NCBI GenBank assembly: GCA_963810095.1
Contig: CAWEMM010000012.1
Coordinates: 576,001-640,000 of the forward strand
Length of the DNA stretch: 64,000 bases
Direction: 5' to 3'
From: an uncultured Chloroflexia bacterium
GTDB lineage: Bacteria; Chloroflexota; Anaerolineae; CG2-30-64-16
Below, piece after piece: positions 54,919-60,944 of the stretch (positions are counted from its first letter, which is position 1; every line of letters starts with the position of its first letter). The position numbers were made by a program, and so were the translations under genes. The notes under the pieces are model-generated. The model searched no databases. It was not told where the DNA came from and saw only the letters and a list, made by a program, of their open reading frames with translations.

Positions 54919-56276
54919 GAGCGCAGCCATGCTTCCACCTCTCCCCAGGCGCCTGCCGGGAACACCCGCTCGCCGTGGACGTCGCGCGCCAGCAGGTTGC
55001 CGTTGCGATGCAGAACGATCCGGGGCGTCCCCGTGGCCTGCGCCTGCTCCCACAGCGGACCCGGCTCGGAGTCGGCCAGGTCGAGCACGACGGTGAGGCC
55101 CAATTCCCGGGCCGCGCTGGCCCAAGCCAGGCAGTCTGGGCAGCCGTTTGGCGAAAGGACAACGTGCGCGGCGGGCGCCTGCTGCCGGAAACCCTGCAGC
55201 TCGCGGGCCAGGAGGATGCGGTCGAGGGTCAGCGCCCAGCCGACCGCGGGGAATGGGGGGCCGAAGTGCCCGATCAGATCGTCGTAGCGGCCGCCCGAGA
55301 TGAGGCTGAAGCCGATGCCTGGCGCGAAGCCCTCGAATGTGACGCCGGTGTAGTAGTCCAGGTCGCGCACCTCAGCCAGGTCATACGCCACCGCGCCGTC
55401 CGCGCCATTGGCTCCGCCGTAAGCGGCCAGATGCCGGCTTACGGCCGCCAGCTCGGCCAGCGCAGCCATCATCGGCGCGTTCAGGCAGTAGGTTTCGGCC
55501 TCGGCCAACACACTCGCGTCGCCCGCGAGCCGGGGGAGGGCCAGCACCGCCCGGCGGACCATGGGTGGGAGGTTTGGCGTCTCGGCCAACAGGGTTTCCA
55601 GTTCCGCCTCCGACTTACGGTCCACCGCGGAGCGCAGACGCTGCTCCGCCCGCTCGGGCAGGCCGAGCGCGAGCAGCAGGCCGCGGAAGAACCCGATGTG
55701 ACCCACCGTGATGCGAAAGCCGGGCAGGCCCACCGCCCGGAGCGCCGCGACGGCCAAGGCGATCGCCTCCGCGTCGGCCGCGCTGCCTGCCGCACCGATC
55801 AACTCGACGCCGGCCTGGGTGAACTCGTGCTGGCGGCCGGCCCGGGGCGGCTCGTGACGGAAGACGCTGCCCGCATACGCCACCCGCAGGGGCATCGGCT
55901 GGTCATACAGCCGTGTCGCCACCACCCGGGCGGTGGGGATGGTCAGGTCGGGGCGCAGCGCCAGCGTGCGGCCGTGCCGGTCGAAGAAGCGATACATCTC
56001 TGCGTCCAGCGCTGCGCCGACGTTGGTGGCCAGCGTGTCGGCATACTCGAAGGTGGGCAGGACAATCTCCCGATAGCCCCAGGCGGTCCACGTGCGACGC
56101 AGGGCAGCCTCCATGTCGCGCCACGCAGCCGCGTCGGCGAAAAGCAGGTCGCGCACGCCTTCAGGAAGGGTTCCTTCAGGAAGGGGCCCATCCCGGTGGG
56201 TTCCTTCGGGAAGGGGCCCATCGGGATAGGTTCCTTCTTTCAGGGTGTCATCGAGTCGAACAGGTTGCTCGGGCAT
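54915..56276 (-). CDS. hisZ: ATP phosphoribosyltransferase regulatory subunit (HisRS-like) with N-terminal tandem LPEG repeats
   Basis: LPEGVRD, GY.E...PTFE, LRPD.T.P.AR, EF.QAGVELIG, YYTG..F, GGRYD; ATGA overlap with hisG. Confidence 0.92.
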   Translation of the reverse strand: MPEQPVRLDDTLKEGTYPDGPLPEGTHRDGPLPEGTLPEGVRDLLFADAAAWRDMEAALRRTWTAWGYREIVLPTFEYADTLATNVGAALDAEMYRFFDRHGRTLALRPDLTIPTARVVATRLYDQPMPLRVAYAGSVFRHEPPRAGRQHEFTQAGVELIGAAGSAADAEAIALAVAALRAVGLPGFRITVGHIGFFRGLLLALGLPERAEQRLRSAVDRKSEAELETLLAETPNLPPMVRRAVLALPRLAGDASVLAEAETYCLNAPMMAALAELAAVSRHLAAYGGANGADGAVAYDLAEVRDLDYYTGVTFEGFAPGIGFSLISGGRYDDLIGHFGPPFPAVGWALTLDRILLARELQGFRQQAPAAHVVLSPNGCPDCLAWASAARELGLTVVLDLADSEPGPLWEQAQATGTPRIVLHRNGNLLARDVHGERVFPAGAWGEVEAWLRS

Positions 56277-56331
56277 TCGTTTCCCTCTGCTCGTGGGGCG
56301 CCATTGGGCGCACCACCAGAAATGCGTTAAC

Positions 56332-56363
56332 AAAAAAGGACTGGTTTCTTGAGACCAGTCCTT
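56332..56363 (-). terminator. his leader intrinsic terminator (attenuator)
   Basis: On the minus strand: aaggactggt-ctcaagaa-accagtcc-tttttt. Confidence 0.85.
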
Positions 56364-56389
56364 GGGGCAAGCGATAACGAGACGCCGGT

Positions 56390-56437
56390 CTACGCCGTGC
56401 GCCCGCCCCAGTGCGAATGATGATGAATAAATGTCAT
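56390..56437 (-). CDS. hisL: his operon leader peptide MTFIHHHSHWGGRTA
   Basis: Four His codons (cat cat cat tcg cac), positioned between the promoter and the terminator upstream of hisZ. Confidence 0.85.
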   Translation of the reverse strand: MTFIHHHSHWGGRTA

Positions 56438-56446
56438 AACGGCGGG

Positions 56447-56475
56447 AGTCTAGCACAGCGGCGCACGGCTGTCAA
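56447..56475 (-). promoter_or_regulatory. sigma70-like his operon promoter
   Basis: TTGACA-17 nt-TAGACT on the minus strand, 9 nt upstream of the leader ATG. Confidence 0.8.
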
Positions 56476-56667
56476 AAGCGCGAACGCCTGGTGGCTATGC
56501 TGCAGGTGGGCGCAGGTTGTCGGCTCTTCCCCTTGAGGTCCCCCGCGACGCTTGGCCGCAGTTCCAGTCAGGCGTTACAATTGGCTAATAGACCGCCGTC
56601 GACGCCCTCTCCACCCGCGTCTATCTTGGCCGGGCTCACCGCCCGGTGTTTTCCAAGGAAGGGAAAC

Positions 56668-57426
56668 ATGAAATCCCGTAGCTCCACTCTCGCGCTCTTC
56701 GTCGCCATCCTGCTCTTCACGGCTGCAGTAACCCCTGCGTTTGCCCAGGCGCCTTCGCCCGCCGCGCCTCGTCTCGTCACCGTCTCAGGCGAGGCGCAAG
56801 TCAACGTGGTGCCCGACGAGGTGGTCCTGACACTCGGCGTGGAAACCTCTGACCCGGTGTTGCGGAATGCCAGGAGCTTGAACGACCAGCGGGTCGGGAA
56901 GCTGATAGCCGCGGCGAAGCAGTTCGGAATCGACGCGAAAGACATCCGCACAGATCACATCGGCATCGAGCCCCGCTACCGCTCGAGCTACGAGCAGCGT
57001 GACTTCGTCGGCTATTTCGTGCGCCAAACGATCGTTCTCACGCTCAAGGACGTGGCCAAGTTCGAAGACCTGCTGACTGCGGTGCTGGATGCTGGCGCGA
57101 ACTATGTGCACGGGGTGCAGTTCCGCACGACGGACCTCCGTAAGTACCGGGACCAGGCGCGTTCGCTCGCGATGAAGGCGGCAAAGGAGAAGGCCGCTGC
57201 GCTGGCAGGCGAGCTGGGCCAGACCATCGGGAAGCCGCACTCGATCCAGGAGGATCAGAGCGGGTGGTGGTCAGCCTACAACTCCTGGTGGGCCGGCAGC
57301 GGAGCCAGCATGACTCAGAACGTGATCCAGAGTTCCGGGCAGCCTCCGGCAGACCTTGAGGGATCGCTCGCACCGGGCGAGATCAGCGTGACGGCGAAGG
57401 TAACCGTCAGTTTCGAGATGGAGTAG
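56668..57426 (+). CDS. SIMPL (DUF541/BP26/YggE) domain periplasmic protein
   Basis: Signal peptide; TVSG.A.V...PD, A...A..KA..LA, PGE......V.V.F. Confidence 0.88.
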   Translation: MKSRSSTLALFVAILLFTAAVTPAFAQAPSPAAPRLVTVSGEAQVNVVPDEVVLTLGVETSDPVLRNARSLNDQRVGKLIAAAKQFGIDAKDIRTDHIGIEPRYRSSYEQRDFVGYFVRQTIVLTLKDVAKFEDLLTAVLDAGANYVHGVQFRTTDLRKYRDQARSLAMKAAKEKAAALAGELGQTIGKPHSIQEDQSGWWSAYNSWWAGSGASMTQNVIQSSGQPPADLEGSLAPGEISVTAKVTVSFEME

Positions 57427-57506
57427 GGGCGTTCGGGAGGGGTAGAGAGGCTCTTCGCCTGGCGCTGGCCGTCCGGTGCCCGCGTCAACAAGAACAACGC
57501 CGCCCG

Positions 57507-58481
57507 CTAGCGCTTCCTCGCCGGCAGCACATAGGGATATGGCCGCCCCCTGAGAAAACACAGCCGGCGGTCGACCCGGCGCAGAAAGAGGTACGTGCGC
57601 CAGATAAACGCGTCCCAGCGATGAAAGCGCTTCACCTCCTCGATCGTAACCGGCTGGAAGTGATGCTCGCGGCGCTCGGCCAGAAAGTACCAGTTGATCG
57701 TGTCGATGATGCCCGAGGCCAGCTCTTCGCGGCCCTCGTCGTAGAACCGGCTGACCAGGTGGATGGCGACCCGGCGGAAGTCATAGAAGCGCCCGAGAAT
57801 CTCGGGCAGGACGGTACGCCGGATCACGGGCAGGAGGGGCGAGGGTGCGCCGCGCAGGAAGACCTCGGTATCGAGTTGCTCCTGCCCGCGACGCCGCACC
57901 AGCGGCGTATTGGTGTCGAGGAAAGCCAGCCGGAAGCGCTCGGGCAGGCCGCCGCGTTCCGCGTCGTAACCCACGATCGCCCAGTTGGCAAGCTCGCCGT
58001 CGAGCCCCAACTCCAGGTCGCCCTGGTGCGTCCGGTTAAGGTCGAACACCTTGGCGGTCTCGGCCAGCACCCCCATTACCAGGCGGCCCACGTCGGGCGG
58101 CGACATCCGGTAGGTCGCCATGTGGCAAAGCGAGTCCTCGGGCAGCAACTCCTGGACGATATAGACGACCATCCGGCGGCGCGAGGCATCGGGCAAGTGG
58201 ATCGTGGACGTGCCGGCCACTTTCAAGCCGGCCCTTTCGCCCAGGGTCTTCACGTAGCGCCGGTGCAGGATCTCGAATTGGCCCGCCTCATCCTCATTCA
58301 GGAAGAAGGGCAGCCGTTTGTAGACGAGCGCAGGCCCGCTCTGGCCGCCAATGGTCAGCACGGTGCTGAGGTCGCCGTAGTCGAGCACGCGGGCCGGCAC
58401 GGCGCCGCGTTCGGGGCGGCGCGGGTCAAGGCCCGCCTCGAAGCGAGACAGTAATTGAAAGTCGACGGTCGGGCCGGTCAT
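57507..58481 (-). CDS. Uncharacterised protein, DUF6206-like, possible atypical kinase fold
   Basis: VLDYGDLSTV, YKRLP, YIVQE, LDGELANW, FLDTNTP; family name from recall only. Confidence 0.55.
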   Translation of the reverse strand: MTGPTVDFQLLSRFEAGLDPRRPERGAVPARVLDYGDLSTVLTIGGQSGPALVYKRLPFFLNEDEAGQFEILHRRYVKTLGERAGLKVAGTSTIHLPDASRRRMVVYIVQELLPEDSLCHMATYRMSPPDVGRLVMGVLAETAKVFDLNRTHQGDLELGLDGELANWAIVGYDAERGGLPERFRLAFLDTNTPLVRRRGQEQLDTEVFLRGAPSPLLPVIRRTVLPEILGRFYDFRRVAIHLVSRFYDEGREELASGIIDTINWYFLAERREHHFQPVTIEEVKRFHRWDAFIWRTYLFLRRVDRRLCFLRGRPYPYVLPARKR

Positions 58482-58496
58482 GGTCGGTGAGCCTGC

Positions 58497-58677
58497 AACA
58501 CAAGGACCTCGTGACGCAACGGGCTGTCAACGAGATTCGGCCTGAGAGTCTATCCGCAGATGCTCTGGCCGGTCTCGTACGCGAGCGAAGCCGGCGCCCG
58601 GTCCACAGGGGCACGGTCAGAGACCGGCCCCAGCTAATCCTCGGATAGATACTTAGTGTCTCCGTGTCGTTGTGGTG
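58497..58677. repeat. 8-bp-periodic palindrome (copy E) interrupted by the MITE-like element
   Basis: Left arm cacaagga-cctcgtga-cgcaacgg; right arm cttagtgt-ctccgtgt-cgttgtgg. Confidence 0.6.
58546..58652 (+). mobile_element. MITE/REP-like 107-bp element, copy 2
   Basis: Shares ggccggtctcgtacgc and ggggcacggtcagagaccggccccagctaat with the reverse complement of 21008-21115; TIR gagtctatccg/cggatagatac. Confidence 0.75.
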
Positions 58678-58690
58678 AGACAGCCTGCTG

Positions 58691-59584
58691 TTACTGCAGG
58701 AAGTGCGGTCGCACCTGGCGGACGACGTCGAGCGACGCCACCGCTTCGGGCACGGTCAGTTCAAACACCAGCGGTCCGGCGTAGCCGCCGGCCTGCAGCC
58801 TGTCGAGGAAGCGGCCAAGATCGAGGTCGCCCTTGCCCAGCGCCTGGTGATCTTTGCCGTAGACGATGTCAGTTCCAGGCGCCCACCGGGGCGAGTCGTG
58901 CAGATGCACGTTGGCCAGCCGCGGCAGCAGCTTGTCGAGCGTGTCGAAAAGATCGACCGGGCCGGCAAAGCCCGAGAGGACGTGCCCCGTGTCGAGCGTG
59001 TACGACAGTCCGAGCCCTTCGACCATCTCCATCGTCAGTTCGAGCGGGAACTCCACCGTTTCCACCGCCAGCTTGCGCGGCGCGACCCCGGTTTCGCCGA
59101 GCAGAGCCTTAAGGCTTTCCGTCGCCCGGCCTTGGAACTGCTTGAGGATGACGTAGCGCGCCATCTCGGGGAGCCGCATGCGGTAGAACTCGGCCGCCAG
59201 CGATCCGGTGGAGTGGACGACGTATGCTTCCACATCCAGGGGCAGCGTGGCCTTGAGCACTTGAGCCATCGCGGCGACCGACCCGGCCCTCACGGGTTCG
59301 AGCAGCGCGGCAGGCTCGACCGACCACAAGGGCAGGTGCACGGTGTAGGACAGTCCAACCTCGGCCTTCAGCGCCGCGAGCTTCTCGATCGCCGCCGGCG
59401 CGTAGGTGTGCGGCATGAACATCACGAGGTCGCCGCCCAGCTCGACCGGACTAAAGCCGTAGCCGTGCAGCTGCCGCACCAAGCCGGCATGATCAAACCC
59501 GGCCACGTGCGCGGGTATCTGGTTTGGCGCGACGCCTTGCGGGACCAGTGCGCCGAGTTGCATGGCCATGATGCCGAAACGCAT
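58691..59584 (-). CDS. Xylose-isomerase-like TIM barrel (AP endonuclease 2 family), possibly CbiR-like phosphodiesterase
   Basis: VEL, YTVHLPL, YVVH, LAVET, LDTGH, VHLHD, DH..LG.G, LVFE. Confidence 0.65.
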   Translation of the reverse strand: MRFGIMAMQLGALVPQGVAPNQIPAHVAGFDHAGLVRQLHGYGFSPVELGGDLVMFMPHTYAPAAIEKLAALKAEVGLSYTVHLPLWSVEPAALLEPVRAGSVAAMAQVLKATLPLDVEAYVVHSTGSLAAEFYRMRLPEMARYVILKQFQGRATESLKALLGETGVAPRKLAVETVEFPLELTMEMVEGLGLSYTLDTGHVLSGFAGPVDLFDTLDKLLPRLANVHLHDSPRWAPGTDIVYGKDHQALGKGDLDLGRFLDRLQAGGYAGPLVFELTVPEAVASLDVVRQVRPHFLQ

Positions 59585-59803
59585 TGCTGTGCTCCTGTGT
59601 GCATCGGCGCGGCATCCTCCTGAGAGGAGCCGGCAGGATGGAAGCATTATAGCACAGGGCGCGTACCGATCGCGACCGCCATCCCTCGCTGGCTGGAATG
59701 GCAGGGCGGTCGCCAAAACGCGGCCGCCGGCGTCATGGCCGTTCGCGTTGAGGTGTAACGGGGGTTACACCGGCCGGCGGCCGCCAGGACTATAATAAAC
59801 AAC

Positions 59804-59863
59804 ATGGTTTATAAAGTGGACTCGGACATCTTCCAGTGCTTCTGTATGAGGCGAGGGCGCTAG
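59804..59863 (+). CDS. Putative leaderless Cys-containing leader peptide MVYKVDSDIFQCFCMRRGR
   Basis: ATG 7 nt after a perfect TATAAT (59791-59796); two Cys codons; overlaps alternative hairpins. Confidence 0.65.
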   Translation: MVYKVDSDIFQCFCMRRGR

Positions 59864-59898
59864 CCGCACTCGTCTTCTCCTGGTTTATTCACGGATGA

Positions 59899-59947
59899 GA
59901 ACGGCGGCGGCGTCCTCGCTTGATGCGGGCAGCCGTCGTTTTGCTTT
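59899..59947 (+). terminator. Putative attenuator terminator upstream of DUF4395
   Basis: aacggcggc...gccgtcgtt stem (inner gcgtc/gatgc) followed by ttgcttt. Confidence 0.55.
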
Positions 59948-59960
59948 AACGTCTCGGCTT

Positions 59961-60066
59961 TTCACCACAAGCACATCCTGTGGCGTGCCGGCCGCCAAGC
60001 GCTCATTCGGGGGCCTCGTCTCGCGTAGCGCCTCCAACGGACACCCTTCGTGCCTTTGTGGATGAA
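59961..60066. repeat. 8-bp-periodic palindrome family, degenerate copy F
   Basis: ttcaccacaagcac...cccttcgtgcctttgtggatgaa. Confidence 0.55.
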
Positions 60067-60093
60067 ACGCCATCCTTCGGAAAGGTCTTTCTC

Positions 60094-60543
60094 ATGGAAC
60101 TTCGTCAAGTTGACCATTCGGCCCTGCGGGTCACGCAGGTCTTCACGATCAGCCTGCTGCTGATTGCCTTTGTGCTCGATGCACCGTGGCTGGCGGCGGT
60201 CACAGCCTTTTTGAACGGGGTTGCCGCGCTCAACCCTGCGCTCAGCCTGCCTCGGCGCTTCTACCTCGACGTCCTGCGGCCCGCCGGCCTCGTTAAGCCG
60301 CAAGTGATGGAGGATAACCCTGAGCCGCACCGTTTCGCCCAGGGCCTTGGCGCCGTCTTCGTCACCACGGGCGTGCTGCTCGTCTTGGCCGGCTTAGGCA
60401 TTGGGTGGGCGCTGGTCTGGCTCGTAATCGGGCTGGCCGCGCTGAACCTCTTCGTAGGTTTCTGCGCCGGTTGCTTCATGTACTACCAGTTTAACCGGCT
60501 CGGCGTGCCCGGCTTTCGCCGCAGCCCCCTGAAGCGAGGTTGA
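60094..60543 (+). CDS. DUF4395 family membrane protein with CxxC
   Basis: VD....R, P.RFAQ..G, AALN...GFCAGC..Y. Confidence 0.85.
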   Translation: MELRQVDHSALRVTQVFTISLLLIAFVLDAPWLAAVTAFLNGVAALNPALSLPRRFYLDVLRPAGLVKPQVMEDNPEPHRFAQGLGAVFVTTGVLLVLAGLGIGWALVWLVIGLAALNLFVGFCAGCFMYYQFNRLGVPGFRRSPLKRG

Positions 60544-60545
60544 CC

Positions 60546-60926
60546 ATGGTGGAGCGGCTGTTCGTTGCGATCGTCGTCATCTCCGTTGGAGTGGGCGCAT
60601 ACCTCCTGCTCCAGGCCTGGCAGCGGTCGCGTGCCACAGCGGCGTTTCAGGCGAGCGGCAGGCCGACCGTGCTCTACTTCCGCAGCGACGTCTGCGCGCC
60701 GTGCGTCATGCAGGCGCGCTTCCTGGAACAGGTCCGAGTCCAGTTCGGCGACCGGGTTGCGATCGAGAAGATCGATGCGGACGCGGAGCGCGAGCGGGCA
60801 GACCGCTTCGGCGTTTTCACGCTCCCGACCACGCTCGTCATCGACGGCGCGGGCCGCGTGCGCCACGCGAACTATGGCCTGACGGAGCCGGCCAAGCTCG
60901 CGTCGCAGCTACACGACGTGGGGTAG
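60546..60926 (+). CDS. Membrane-anchored thioredoxin-like protein
   Basis: N-terminal TM, CAPC active site, ID.D, TLPT cis-Pro. Confidence 0.85.
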   Translation: MVERLFVAIVVISVGVGAYLLLQAWQRSRATAAFQASGRPTVLYFRSDVCAPCVMQARFLEQVRVQFGDRVAIEKIDADAERERADRFGVFTLPTTLVIDGAGRVRHANYGLTEPAKLASQLHDVG

Positions 60927-60944
60927 CTTCGGTCGCCCGATCAC

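Noticed and set aside
56276-56456. 60-aa N-terminal extension of HisZ given by the ORF track
   Set aside because: It spans the promoter, leader peptide and terminator; the ATG at 56276 has a purine-rich RBS (agaggg) and better fits HisZ homology.
59837-59935. Long hairpin considered as SRP (4.5S) RNA or a SAM riboswitch
   Set aside because: No SRP domain IV motif (CAGG..GRAA..AGCA) on either strand and no S-box core; the leader-peptide attenuator model explains it better.
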